A DNA stretch of 34,747 nt from Candidatus Bathyarchaeia archaeon. GTDB lineage: Archaea; Thermoproteota; Bathyarchaeia; Bathyarchaeales; Bathycorpusculaceae. Position numbers and translations under genes: made by a program. Each line of letters begins with the position of its first letter. The stretch's first letter is position 1. The notes under the pieces were generated by a model. It did no database searches and was not told where the DNA came from. It saw nothing but the letters and a program-made list of their open reading frames with translations. Positions 18,028 through 27,689 of the stretch are shown piece by piece. The stretch spans positions 1-34,747 of the forward strand of contig JAVZLH010000011.1 in assembly GCA_038883855.1 (NCBI GenBank), read 5' to 3'.

Positions 18028-18717
18028 GTGAAAACCCTAATGAAGTTCAGCGGGCTCCAAAAAACAAGCCTCATAGACTACCCAAACAAAATAGCCTCAG
18101 TGCTCTTCACGCCTGGCTGTAATCTCCGCTGCCCCTACTGCCATAACTGGCGAATAGTCGTAGAACCAAAACCGCCATTCCTCCAAGAGGAAGCCGCCAT
18201 TAAAATTCTTGAAAGCCGCAGAAAATATGTGGATGCGGTTGTCGTGACGGGCGGAGAACCCACGATGCATAAGGAAATCCCGAAATTCCTTAAAAAATTG
18301 AAGGATAAAGGCTTCGCAGTTAAGCTTGACACAAACGGTTTTTATCCCCAAGTTCTTAAGGAATGCCTGCCCTACGTGGATTATGTGGCGTTGGATGTAA
18401 AAACCACAGTGGAAAAGTATGCGCTTTTGGGAGCAAAAGACACAACACCCATATTTGAGACAATTGAAATTTTGAAAACTGGAAAAGTGGAATATGAGTT
18501 TAGAACAACGGTTGTTCCAGGCTTCGTGGACGCCGCGGACATAACGCAGATAGGCGAACTTGTGAAAGGCGCGAAAACCCTAGCCCTACAACAGTTCATT
18601 CCAGAAGACACCCTCGACAAAAAATACGGGTTGGTTAAGCCCTACCCGCCTGAGACTATAACCAACTTCGCAGAACAATTGAGGAAATATGTGGATAACT
18701 TAATTTTACGGGTGTAG
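18028..18717 (+). CDS. nrdG: NrdD activating enzyme (radical SAM)
   Basis: GCNLRCPYCHN, TGGEPT, KLDTNG; directly follows nrdD. Confidence 0.95.
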   Translation: MKTLMKFSGLQKTSLIDYPNKIASVLFTPGCNLRCPYCHNWRIVVEPKPPFLQEEAAIKILESRRKYVDAVVVTGGEPTMHKEIPKFLKKLKDKGFAVKLDTNGFYPQVLKECLPYVDYVALDVKTTVEKYALLGAKDTTPIFETIEILKTGKVEYEFRTTVVPGFVDAADITQIGELVKGAKTLALQQFIPEDTLDKKYGLVKPYPPETITNFAEQLRKYVDNLILRV

Positions 18718-18853
18718 CATGAACAAGCGATTGCGAAATCCGGCTTTTAATCGTCGCCGTAAATTCTTGACGAGAAAACTGCTAAAGCGTAAAGTTTAAA
18801 GGTTTAATGCCTTGTTTAGGTTTTGGAATCTTATATAATAAGGGGTTTAGGGT

Positions 18854-19405
18854 TTGAGCATTGAAGAGGAAACAATAGAGGAGCGTAAAGCCAAAGTTCT
18901 GATTAAACTGAGGGGTTATAAGCTTGTAAAGAAGGAGAAGCATAAGGACGCCATAAGCTACATAGTTGACGTCCCACAAGAAAAGACAAAGGCAGTAATA
19001 TGGTGTATTCCTGGTCAAACAACGATAGGCATAACCACGGTGAACCGCCTCCAAAAATTCATGAAAGAAGAGGGCATAGAAAGGGGAATAATAATCACCG
19101 ATGGAAGGTACACTCAAGCAGTTAGACAAAGCGCAAAGAAAAGAAAAATTGAGCTTCTGCCAAAAACTTTTCCAGTCTTCGACATTTTTGAGCATGTCCT
19201 CGTCCCAAAACACGAAATTCTAACAGAAGAGGAAAGAAAACAGGTACTTGCCCAATATAGAATTCAACCCTACCAGCTGCCGCAAATCAAAGCCTCAGAT
19301 CCTGCCGTAAAGGCGATAGGGGCAAAGCCGGGCGACATACTCCGCATAATAAGGAAAAGTCCCACAGCGGGCGAGCATATAGCTTACCGTTACGTTATAG
19401 AATAG
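18854..19405 (+). CDS. rpo5: RNA polymerase subunit Rpo5/RpoH with an RPB5-like N-terminal domain (183 aa)
   Basis: C-terminal [10 protein letters not shown]...[10 protein letters not shown]...[18 protein letters not shown]; extra ~105 aa N-terminal alpha/beta domain. Confidence 0.93.
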   Translation: MSIEEETIEERKAKVLIKLRGYKLVKKEKHKDAISYIVDVPQEKTKAVIWCIPGQTTIGITTVNRLQKFMKEEGIERGIIITDGRYTQAVRQSAKKRKIELLPKTFPVFDIFEHVLVPKHEILTEEERKQVLAQYRIQPYQLPQIKASDPAVKAIGAKPGDILRIIRKSPTAGEHIAYRYVIE

Positions 19406-19408
19406 CCC

Positions 19409-21832
19409 TTAACCCGTTCCTGAAACCTTTCTCCGTCGCAGCAACAGAAAAACCGAAGATAAGGCGCTGACGCCTCCTATTAATGCGAAGGCTAAAATTG
19501 CATATTGTAAGAGGCCCCAAGTTCCTTGATCGCGTATTAAATCGGATATGTCTGTCCGGATTTGTCCCAGTCCTGGAACGACTATTGTGGCTATGCTGCC
19601 GTTGATTTCGGTGACTGTGCCGTTTACTATGCCCATGAGTGTTTGGACTTTTGCTGTTGTGCCGTTGATTTCTAGAACTTTGAGGAAAATTTCTTCGAGG
19701 ACTGGGCTTATTGTGAAGCATTTGAAGGAGGTGCCACTTGAGTTAACGTTGCTTGTGATGTATTCGGCTGCAATCACTAGGGTGTATGTTCCATTGTTGG
19801 CATCCTCGGGTATCGAGTAGGAAAGCTTGTATAATCCAGTTGTTATAAGCTGTGCTGTGAGGCTTTCAGCCGTTCCGTTTGGCATGTATAAGACAGCGTT
19901 TAAGGCAGTTGCGTTAACGGCTTCTCCCTTAAAAGTTGTTTGAGCGTAGAATTCGGCTGTTTCGCCTCTGAAATGTGTTGCGCCAACATTCAATTGAACA
20001 TCTAACGGCGTAACGTCCACAACCGTGAATTCTGCACCAATGTAGTCTTGGCTGTAAAACACTTTCACTGTCTGGTTTTCCGCTAACGAAACTGGCACAT
20101 TGAAGACGAAAACAAAGTTTCCAGACTCGTCTGTTACGCAATCGCCAAGTATAAAATCGTTAAAAGCCATTACTATGACGTTTTCAGGCTCAAAGCCAAA
20201 GCCTTTAACTGTAACCTTTGTTCCCACTGGCCCACTGGCGGGGTTCAGAATTATGGACATAACCGAAACCGTTTCCGAAACAGCATTGTTTGCAACTTCG
20301 GTTTCGCCGGGAACTGGCATCACGTAGGCTGTTAGGTTGTATGCTCCTCCGGCTGTGGGGTTCCATGATAGGTTGACGGTGGAAATAGCATTGCTTTCCA
20401 GTTGACTGATGAATGCGGAGTCTGCAACTTCGTCGTTAACGAAGAGTTGCACTGTTAAGTTTTGTTCGTTGCTTGTTCCAAAATTCATTATAGTGACGTT
20501 AAACAAAACAAGTTCGCCAGAACGGATACGCTCTGGCTTTTCCCAAGAAAGGATTAAAACGTCACGGGTTGAGGGAAGCTGCCCAACTGCTTTTTCCGCG
20601 TTAACCCTTCCATACCCGTAATACTCATCGAATCCCAAACTGCCCAAATCGTCAGCCGTAGACCTCAATTGGACTCTAACCCAGTCCCGCGTTGCACTTG
20701 GAAATGGGCTCCAGACAAGCGCTGCCACACCAACCACATGTGGGCAAGCCATGGAAGTGCCGCTCATATATGTGTAAGTGTGAGAGCCGTCCCAAAATGT
20801 TGAATATATGTCTACTCCCGGAGCTGCAAGCTCAACCCAGCTTCCAAAGCTTGTGAATCCTGCTGGAGCATCGTCTGAGTCTGTTGCCGTTACGGCTATA
20901 ACTTCAGGGTAGGCGGCTGGGTAAATCTTCACGTTTGAGGCTTCGTTTCCAGCAGATGCAACTATTAGCAAGCCCATGTTGTAAGCGTGTTGTATCGCTT
21001 CGTGTAGAAGGGCACTGTCTTCGTCTCCGCCCCAGCTGTTGCTGAGGATTTTCGCGCCGTTTTCAGCAGCGTGTATTATGGCGTTTGCAAGGTCGTCTTC
21101 CCAACCGTATCCATCAGCGTTCAAAGCTTTTTCAGCCATTATACGAACTTGTGCTAGTCCAGCAACGCCTAAAGCATTGTTTAGTTTAGCGGCTATTATG
21201 CCAGCGCAGTGAGTCCCATGTCCATGGTCATCTATGGGGTCGGTGTCGTTGTTCACCCAGTCGCGACCTAAAGGAACATAGTTGGCTGCGAGGTCCGGGT
21301 GGTTGTAGTCTACGCCCGTGTCTATAACGGCTACAAGAATTGAATTGTCGCCCGTCGTGGTGTTCCAAGCCCAGTCCGCTCTAATTTTTCGTGGTCCCCA
21401 CTGCCAGTTCCAATATTGGTCGTTTGGAACAAGCAAGGTTTTGAATTTCATGTTTGGTTCTATGTATCTGGCTAGAGCGTTTTTGCTGGCTTTTTCCTTA
21501 AATGAAGAAACGGTGTTTAGGGGCATGTCCGCGACGAGGGCTATGACTTTGCCTCTTATTGAAATGGTGTTTACGATTTTGCCATGGTCTTCAGCGATTG
21601 CGGCGAGAAGGTTTGTGTAGGCTTCGGGTTTTGAACTGTCTACTCCAATCACTATTTCAATGGAATCCTCGTCAGCGCAAATATTGCCATCCTTTAAGGT
21701 AGGCGTGTATTCTGCACTTGTCTGAATTGGATTAAAAATTGCGTAAACGGTTTTCGTGGAAAATAGGGTTATTATGGCGATTGCTATTAGGAGATAGTTT
21801 AATCTTTTCCTTGCCATCTTGGAAATCTCCAC
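19409..21832 (-). CDS. Membrane-anchored S8 subtilisin-like protease with CARDB/Ig-like domains
   Basis: Signal peptide, propeptide, IDTG / HGHGTH / GTSMA triad, oxyanion AGN, CARDB-like repeat, C-terminal TM + RRRK. Confidence 0.93.
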   Translation of the reverse strand: MEISKMARKRLNYLLIAIAIITLFSTKTVYAIFNPIQTSAEYTPTLKDGNICADEDSIEIVIGVDSSKPEAYTNLLAAIAEDHGKIVNTISIRGKVIALVADMPLNTVSSFKEKASKNALARYIEPNMKFKTLLVPNDQYWNWQWGPRKIRADWAWNTTTGDNSILVAVIDTGVDYNHPDLAANYVPLGRDWVNNDTDPIDDHGHGTHCAGIIAAKLNNALGVAGLAQVRIMAEKALNADGYGWEDDLANAIIHAAENGAKILSNSWGGDEDSALLHEAIQHAYNMGLLIVASAGNEASNVKIYPAAYPEVIAVTATDSDDAPAGFTSFGSWVELAAPGVDIYSTFWDGSHTYTYMSGTSMACPHVVGVAALVWSPFPSATRDWVRVQLRSTADDLGSLGFDEYYGYGRVNAEKAVGQLPSTRDVLILSWEKPERIRSGELVLFNVTIMNFGTSNEQNLTVQLFVNDEVADSAFISQLESNAISTVNLSWNPTAGGAYNLTAYVMPVPGETEVANNAVSETVSVMSIILNPASGPVGTKVTVKGFGFEPENVIVMAFNDFILGDCVTDESGNFVFVFNVPVSLAENQTVKVFYSQDYIGAEFTVVDVTPLDVQLNVGATHFRGETAEFYAQTTFKGEAVNATALNAVLYMPNGTAESLTAQLITTGLYKLSYSIPEDANNGTYTLVIAAEYITSNVNSSGTSFKCFTISPVLEEIFLKVLEINGTTAKVQTLMGIVNGTVTEINGSIATIVVPGLGQIRTDISDLIRDQGTWGLLQYAILAFALIGGVSALSSVFLLLRRRKVSGTG

Positions 21833-21833
21833 T

Positions 21834-22394
21834 TTATGGTTTTGCTATCATGACTTCTGTTGCTTTTATGACGGCTTCAACTTCGTCTCCAACTTTTATG
21901 TCCAGTTCTTCCGCGGCTTCTCTTGAAATTAGGGCTGTCACAGTTGCTGGAGTGCTTATTTCTATTTTGACTTTGGCTGTGACATCTCCTTTTTCAACAG
22001 CCTTAACTTTTCCTTTTAAACGGTTTCTTGCGCTTATTTTCAATCCAACAGCCTCCCAATACTCCGTATCAGCTAGAACTTCACCCACATAGCCCTCAAC
22101 ACGCCTATACTCTTCCAGTATTTGCTTGCCAAGTGCTGTTAGTCTTGCTCCGCCTCCGCCAGCCTTTCCGCCCTTGTAGGTTTCTATTATTGGCTCGCCT
22201 ATGGCTTTCTCGATTTTTTGCAGGTAACTCCAAACATAGCGATATGACATTCCTAGTTCTTTGGCGGCTTTTGAAATTGAGTTTTGTTTGGCTATTTCCT
22301 CTAGGATTCGAGCTCCGCCTTTGCCTAGGACAGGTTTTCCTTTGTATTCTATCCAGATTTTGCATGAGGGCTTGTGTTTTTTGTCTGTTAACAT
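21834..22394 (-). CDS. modE: ModE-family regulator (wHTH + TOBE/molbindin)
   Basis: SISKAAKELGMSYRYVW, GGKAGGGARLT, KISARNRLKG...IKATEV. Confidence 0.9.
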   Translation of the reverse strand: MLTDKKHKPSCKIWIEYKGKPVLGKGGARILEEIAKQNSISKAAKELGMSYRYVWSYLQKIEKAIGEPIIETYKGGKAGGGGARLTALGKQILEEYRRVEGYVGEVLADTEYWEAVGLKISARNRLKGKVKAVEKGDVTAKVKIEISTPATVTALISREAAEELDIKVGDEVEAVIKATEVMIAKP

Positions 22395-22436
22395 TGTTTT
22401 GGTGTTATGGTTGCGTTAGGTTTATAAGCTTAAACT

Positions 22437-22460
22437 CGATATGAATGAAAAAACATAACG
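22437..22460. promoter_or_regulatory. ModE box
   Basis: 24-bp CGATATG-N10-CATAACG quasi-palindrome between TATA (TTTATAAG, 22421) and the tupA start. Confidence 0.7.
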
Positions 22461-23498
22461 GTGAGAAGTTTGCACATATGGCAAAAACTGATTATAATCG
22501 CAATTCTAACAACCACCATGGTGATCGCCAGCACAATAGTTTACTTCAACTACTTCGCCAAAAGGAGGCTATTCATCTCCACAACAACAAGCCTTTACGA
22601 CACAGGCTTACTCGACATGATAGAAGAAAACTATGAATCAACCCGCAATGTTGACCTCCAAATAATAGCTGCAGGAACAGGCATCGCCATACAACACGCG
22701 AAGAACGGCGACGCCGACGTAATTCTCGTGCACTCACCATCAATGGAAAGAACTTTCCTCGAAGAAGGCTACGGAGTTAACAGGAAAATAATCGCCTACA
22801 ACTTCTTCACAATTGTGGGACCAGAAAATGACCCAGCAGGAATTTTGGGCAAAAATGCAACAGAAGCCCTTAAAAGCATAGTTGCCTACGGAGACAGCCT
22901 ACCCGAACAGTCAGGCGCCACAAAAATTTGGATTTCTCGAGGAGACAACTCGGGTACGCATTTAAAAGAGCAGAGCCTTTGGAAAGCAGCAGACTATGAC
23001 TACACACTCATATCGCAGAAGCCTTGGTATGGGATGGGCTCAGATTTAGGCATGGGCGGTACATTGAATGTGGCTAACCAGATATCAGCTTATACACTTT
23101 CAGACATGGGCACTTACTTGAAGTTTTACAATGAAGGCATAATATCCCTAAAAGCGTTAATAACTGAAGACATATCCCTACTCAATGTTTACAGCGCCAT
23201 TGCCGTAAAACCAGACGTCCCAGCAAACAAATCCATCCATGAACAAATCAACTTTAAAGACGCCATGGATTTTATACAATATCTGGTTTCGCCTGAAACT
23301 CAACAGCTCATAACAAACTATGGTAGGGACACTTATGGTCAAAGCCTCTTCATTGGCGCCGTGGAACCGTTAAAGAACAATGAACAGCCCATAGTTGACT
23401 GGATAAAGGCTTATGCTTTCATAAACGGTTATGAGTGCCCACCGCAATATAGAAGTGGTTATGATGAACTTTACGTTGGTGATTCAGGCAATGGTTGA
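22461..23498 (+). CDS. tupA: Tungstate ABC transporter substrate-binding protein
   Basis: TTTS-LYDTGLL, GTG.A, GDAD..LVH and SRGDNSGTH motifs. Confidence 0.92.
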   Translation: MRSLHIWQKLIIIAILTTTMVIASTIVYFNYFAKRRLFISTTTSLYDTGLLDMIEENYESTRNVDLQIIAAGTGIAIQHAKNGDADVILVHSPSMERTFLEEGYGVNRKIIAYNFFTIVGPENDPAGILGKNATEALKSIVAYGDSLPEQSGATKIWISRGDNSGTHLKEQSLWKAADYDYTLISQKPWYGMGSDLGMGGTLNVANQISAYTLSDMGTYLKFYNEGIISLKALITEDISLLNVYSAIAVKPDVPANKSIHEQINFKDAMDFIQYLVSPETQQLITNYGRDTYGQSLFIGAVEPLKNNEQPIVDWIKAYAFINGYECPPQYRSGYDELYVGDSGNG

Positions 23499-24210
23499 CA
23501 TACTAGGCGGTATAGTAAAAGCTTTAGAATTGATATTTTCAGGCGATCCAACGCTTTACGGAATACTCTTCCGCTCCCTCTTCTTTTCTGGAAGCGCAGT
23601 GATTTTAGCCGCTCTCTGGGGAACCCCGATTGCAATGCTGATAAGCCTCAAAAATTTTCGCGGCAAAACTATAATCAAGGGATTCTTCAACTCGCTAATA
23701 GGTATACCGACTGTCATTTTGGGTTTAGTGCTTTTTCTCATTTTTTCGAAGGGTGGACCGCTGGGATTTTTGGGATTACTTTACACGCCCGCAGCCATAA
23801 TTCTCGGCGAGGCTGTGCTTGTGACGCCGATACTAATCAGCATAATGACGTCAGCCATAGAAGCAGTTGACCCTGAAATAATGAACTTGGCTAAAACTTT
23901 AGGCGCCTCAGAATCTCAAGCGGCAATAGCGGTTTTGAAGGAAGCCTTAAATGGAGTTCTCTTATCTAACGTTGCCAGCTTTAACCGAGCAATAGCCGAG
24001 TTGGGAGTTGCGCTTTTAGTCGGCGGCAACATCGCTGGCTCAACAGACGTTTTAACAACAGCAATCTCACGCTACACAGCTAGAGGCAACATCGACTTAG
24101 CTGTGGCCCTTGGAATATTCTTAATGATTATAATTTTCGGGATAAACATAGTGATAATTGCAACTCGAAAATTGAGGTGGTTTTCCATATTAAGAAAATC
24201 GCCGCAATAA
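23491..24210 (+). CDS. tupB: Tungstate ABC transporter permease
   Basis: GIPTVILGL, GPLG.LGLLYT, RAIAELG..LLVGGNI; ATG at 23491 after GGTGA. Confidence 0.92.
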   Translation: MVDILGGIVKALELIFSGDPTLYGILFRSLFFSGSAVILAALWGTPIAMLISLKNFRGKTIIKGFFNSLIGIPTVILGLVLFLIFSKGGPLGFLGLLYTPAAIILGEAVLVTPILISIMTSAIEAVDPEIMNLAKTLGASESQAAIAVLKEALNGVLLSNVASFNRAIAELGVALLVGGNIAGSTDVLTTAISRYTARGNIDLAVALGIFLMIIIFGINIVIIATRKLRWFSILRKSPQ

Positions 24211-24233
24211 ATCTTTAAATCAGAGGATGAAAA

Positions 24234-25298
24234 ATGGCGATAATAGCAGAGTTAAAAAATTTAACCAAAGTTTATGGAGACAAAAGAGCGCTTGATGGCG
24301 TAAACCTTCAGATAAATGAAGGCGAAATATTGGCGCTTTTAGGACCAAACGGCTCAGGAAAAACAACCCTACTAAAAATTTTAGCGTTTCTTGAAAAACC
24401 CACATCAGGCGAAGTTTATTTCTTTAACAGAAAAGTTACAGATCAAAACATGACGCAAATGCGCATGGAAAGCACAATGGTTTTTCAGAAGACAGTGTTC
24501 TTTGACGCGACAGTTTACGACAATGTGGCCTACGGCTTGAAGGTTAGAAGAATACCCCAAAGGGAAATTGTGGAAAGAGTTAATAAAGCATTAAAGCTTG
24601 TTGGACTTGAAGGCTTCAATAAAAGGCATGCGAAAAAACTTTCAGGTGGAGAACAACAGAGAGTCGCTTTGGCAAGAGCCATAGCCCTCAACACTAAACT
24701 CCTTCTTTTAGATGAACCCACGGCGAACTTGGACCCCAAAAACGCTTCTCTTATAGAAGAGATTATAGCCACAGTCAACAGAGAGTTAAAAACCACAATT
24801 GTAATGGCTACGCACAACATGTTTCAAGCGCAAAACTTGCCAAACCGTATAGCCTTAATAAACAATGGAAGAATAAGCGAAGTTGGAACTCCAAAGGAGA
24901 TTTTCGGTAAACTTTCAAAAAATTTGATCAGTTTTGCCGCTTTAGAAAACACTTTTGCTGGAGAGGCAAAGGTTACTGAAAATGGAACAACTATAATAGA
25001 TATGGGAAATGGCTTGGAGATCGTAGCGGCGACACGATGCCAAGGGAGAGTTTCAGTTTTCATCAGCCCAGAAGATATAATTTTATCAAAAAACCACTTC
25101 GCATCCAGCGCCAGAAATTTTTTCAAGGGAAGAATCACAGAAATTTCGGATTTGGGGTCTGTTGTTAGACTTAAAATTGATGCTGGTAAACCTTTCACAG
25201 TTCAAATTACTAAGCGTTCTTTATACGAGATGGGGCTTAACCTAGGCATGGAAGTTTACATTGCCTTTAAAGCCTCAAGCGTCCAAATTTTGGAGTGA
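24234..25298 (+). CDS. tupC: Tungstate ABC transporter ATPase with C-terminal TOBE domain
   Basis: GPNGSGKT, LSGGEQQR, LLLDEPT, SSARN...FKASSV. Confidence 0.9.
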   Translation: MAIIAELKNLTKVYGDKRALDGVNLQINEGEILALLGPNGSGKTTLLKILAFLEKPTSGEVYFFNRKVTDQNMTQMRMESTMVFQKTVFFDATVYDNVAYGLKVRRIPQREIVERVNKALKLVGLEGFNKRHAKKLSGGEQQRVALARAIALNTKLLLLDEPTANLDPKNASLIEEIIATVNRELKTTIVMATHNMFQAQNLPNRIALINNGRISEVGTPKEIFGKLSKNLISFAALENTFAGEAKVTENGTTIIDMGNGLEIVAATRCQGRVSVFISPEDIILSKNHFASSARNFFKGRITEISDLGSVVRLKIDAGKPFTVQITKRSLYEMGLNLGMEVYIAFKASSVQILE

Positions 25299-25517
25299 CC
25301 GCTGTTTTCTTTCATTTGCCAATTCATATAGGATGACGAGGGCTTCGCCTAAGGGTATCCTTAACTTGGCAGCCAACTCTTCGGGTCTTATATCCGGCTT
25401 CTCGTGGAGCACAACTTCCCTAATGTAAGCCTTGTGGTGGGGATACATCACGAGGGCGTGAACTGTTTCAACAAGTATCGACCAAAGCTTTTCTCTAGTA
25501 TATTCTTCAAGACTCAT
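25275..25517 (-). CDS. Small hypothetical HTH-like protein
   Basis: 80 aa with IRPEELAAKLRIPLGEALVIL. Confidence 0.65.
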   Translation of the reverse strand: MSLEEYTREKLWSILVETVHALVMYPHHKAYIREVVLHEKPDIRPEELAAKLRIPLGEALVILYELANERKQRSLQNLDA

Positions 25518-25563
25518 AACACATCAAAAGCATATTTATGTGAAAAACACGTTTAATGTTTTG

Positions 25564-25785
25564 TCAACGTTTCAGTAATGATATTAGGGCCACAACCACG
25601 AAGGCAACTCCAGCCCACAAGAGGCTGCCCGTTAGAAGCCAAACTAGTAGGGCGATTATGGCAGCGGGAAGAATGAAAAGCAAGATTTTAACGATCAAGA
25701 TAATTATTATGATTCCTATAACAAGCAACAGCAAAAGCAATGCTAAGTCGGTCATTGGAGGAAGTTGTGAAAGCAACGGCAGCAC
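25564..25785 (-). CDS. Small hydrophobic membrane protein
   Basis: 73 aa, almost all hydrophobic; GGTGA site upstream. Confidence 0.7.
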   Translation of the reverse strand: MLPLLSQLPPMTDLALLLLLLVIGIIIIILIVKILLFILPAAIIALLVWLLTGSLLWAGVAFVVVALISLLKR

Positions 25786-25892
25786 GAAATCACCAGCTTA
25801 ATTCTCCAATCCTAACTATTTAAGCATTAAACTATGCTAAGGATAAGATTTATCTTTGCCCAAACGTTTTAGGCTTAAACTCGAACTGGAAA

Positions 25893-26594
25893 GTGAAAGA
25901 TACCATGGCGATTAAGGCTGTTGTCTTCGACCTCGACGGAACCCTAGCAAACTTCAACGTAGACTATAGGATTGTTAGGGCTGAGGTTAGAAGTTTCCTA
26001 ATAAGAGAAGGCTTGCCAGCCTCAATGCTATCAACAAACGAAAGCATCTTCGAAATGCTCAAGAAAGCAGAAATCTTCTTCAAAAACAACAACAAACCCA
26101 AAAAAGCAATAGAGGAAATTCACGATAAGGCGTTGGCTATAGCTGAAAAATACGAGTTTGAAGCCGCAAAAACCACAAGCCTATTTCCAGGAGTTGCAGA
26201 AACACTGAAAGCTTTAAAGGAGATGGGTTTGAAATTGGGCTTATGCACGATAAACAGCGAAAAATCAGCAAACTACATCCTAAAACGTTTTGGAATAGCA
26301 AGCCTGTTTGGCGCAGTAACAACGCGAAACACGGTGAAAAATGTTAAGCCAAACACCGAACATCTCGAAGCCACCCTAAAGGCTTTGGAAGTTAACCCTG
26401 AAGAAGCAGCCGTCGTCGGGGACAGCGTCGTAGACATGAAATGTGCAAGAGAACTTAAGGCTTTGGCAATAGGCGTAGTAGGCGGAGTTTCTCCACCAAA
26501 AGAACTAATCAACGCCGGCGCAAACTACCTAATAACTTCAATCACAGACTTACCAAACCTAATAGAACACATAAACAAAACCTCAGAAGAATAG
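25893..26594 (+). CDS. HAD-superfamily hydrolase (phosphoglycolate-phosphatase-like)
   Basis: FDLDGTL, KP and VGDSVVD motifs. Confidence 0.9.
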   Translation: MKDTMAIKAVVFDLDGTLANFNVDYRIVRAEVRSFLIREGLPASMLSTNESIFEMLKKAEIFFKNNNKPKKAIEEIHDKALAIAEKYEFEAAKTTSLFPGVAETLKALKEMGLKLGLCTINSEKSANYILKRFGIASLFGAVTTRNTVKNVKPNTEHLEATLKALEVNPEEAAVVGDSVVDMKCARELKALAIGVVGGVSPPKELINAGANYLITSITDLPNLIEHINKTSEE

Positions 26595-26739
26595 ATAACC
26601 TAAACTCTGCAATTCAAACGTATAATACAGTTGATTTTGTGAAATTAACAGCCCGCTAGATGTTCCATTGTTTAAACTTTTTAGTATGCATGACGAAATA
26701 TTTTTAGGGATGAATTTGTTGGATGGCAAGTCTTATCAG

Positions 26740-27273
26740 ATGAAAGAAAAATCCAATGGAAAATTGAAGTACGCAATTCCTATTCTCTGCATGTTTTTGA
26801 TTCTTGCAAGTTACGCAAGCTACAGCTTAGGATATAAAAATGGATATTTTGACGGCAACCTAACCGGATATGCTTCAGGCTATAACGATGGTTATACAGA
26901 TGTAGTAGTAGACGGAGCAGGAGCAGGCTACAACATTAGAAACCCAACTTACCAAGAAACGCTCAATTTTATAGCCTCAGATAAAACTGATGAAAATGAA
27001 TATTCAAAAAACTACACATGTTTCCACTTTACTAGAGACGTTAAAAGCCACGCTTTTGACGCAGGATATCTCTGCGGATTCGTCTACATAGAATTTAGAG
27101 ATGGCGCCCACGCAATAGTCTGCTTTAACACAACTGACCATGGAATCATCTTTATAGAACCACAAGACGATGAAATAGTAACCCTAATAATCGGACAACC
27201 CTATTGGAATAGGACAAAATATTCGCCTCCAGACTACGATGATACCGTCGTCAGCTTCACAATAATCTGGTAA
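26740..27273 (+). CDS. Membrane-anchored protein with GY repeats and a transglutaminase/papain-like Cys-His-Glu domain
   Basis: N-terminal TM, GYxxG repeats, YTCFHF / HAIVCF / FIEPQ. Confidence 0.7.
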   Translation: MKEKSNGKLKYAIPILCMFLILASYASYSLGYKNGYFDGNLTGYASGYNDGYTDVVVDGAGAGYNIRNPTYQETLNFIASDKTDENEYSKNYTCFHFTRDVKSHAFDAGYLCGFVYIEFRDGAHAIVCFNTTDHGIIFIEPQDDEIVTLIIGQPYWNRTKYSPPDYDDTVVSFTIIW

Positions 27274-27284
27274 AAAAGACTGAA

Positions 27285-27686
27285 TTATACTGGTTTAAAA
27301 CAGTATTTGGGCCACTGAGGCCATTGTTGAGTTGCACTACATTCCTCGAATTCCAGGATTAGGGGCATTCCAATTTTTATTTGTTCCAATTTAGTGTTTT
27401 TAATCATGCCCGGGATTTTTAAGCCGTTTTCTAGTTGGATTATGCCTACAGCATAGGGCGTCATTGCTTGGAACTGGGGCGGTGCAACATGAATAATTGT
27501 GTATGTGAGAAGTTTTCCCTTTGTTGGAAGTTGAATCCATTCAAAATTCTTAGAGAAACAATTATCGCATAACGGTCTTGGCGGCAAATGCACTTTTCCA
27601 CATTTCTTACATTTGCCAGCCATGAGTTTTCTTTGGCTTATATGCTTGTAGAATTGTTCTATTGTGAAAGGTGCTTGTTCGCTCAT
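27285..27686 (-). CDS. DUF35 (Zn-ribbon + OB-fold) thiolase partner
   Basis: CKKCG...PPRPLCDNC, GKLLTYT, PYAVG. Confidence 0.92.
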   Translation of the reverse strand: MSEQAPFTIEQFYKHISQRKLMAGKCKKCGKVHLPPRPLCDNCFSKNFEWIQLPTKGKLLTYTIIHVAPPQFQAMTPYAVGIIQLENGLKIPGMIKNTKLEQIKIGMPLILEFEECSATQQWPQWPKYCFKPV

Positions 27687-27689
27687 GGC

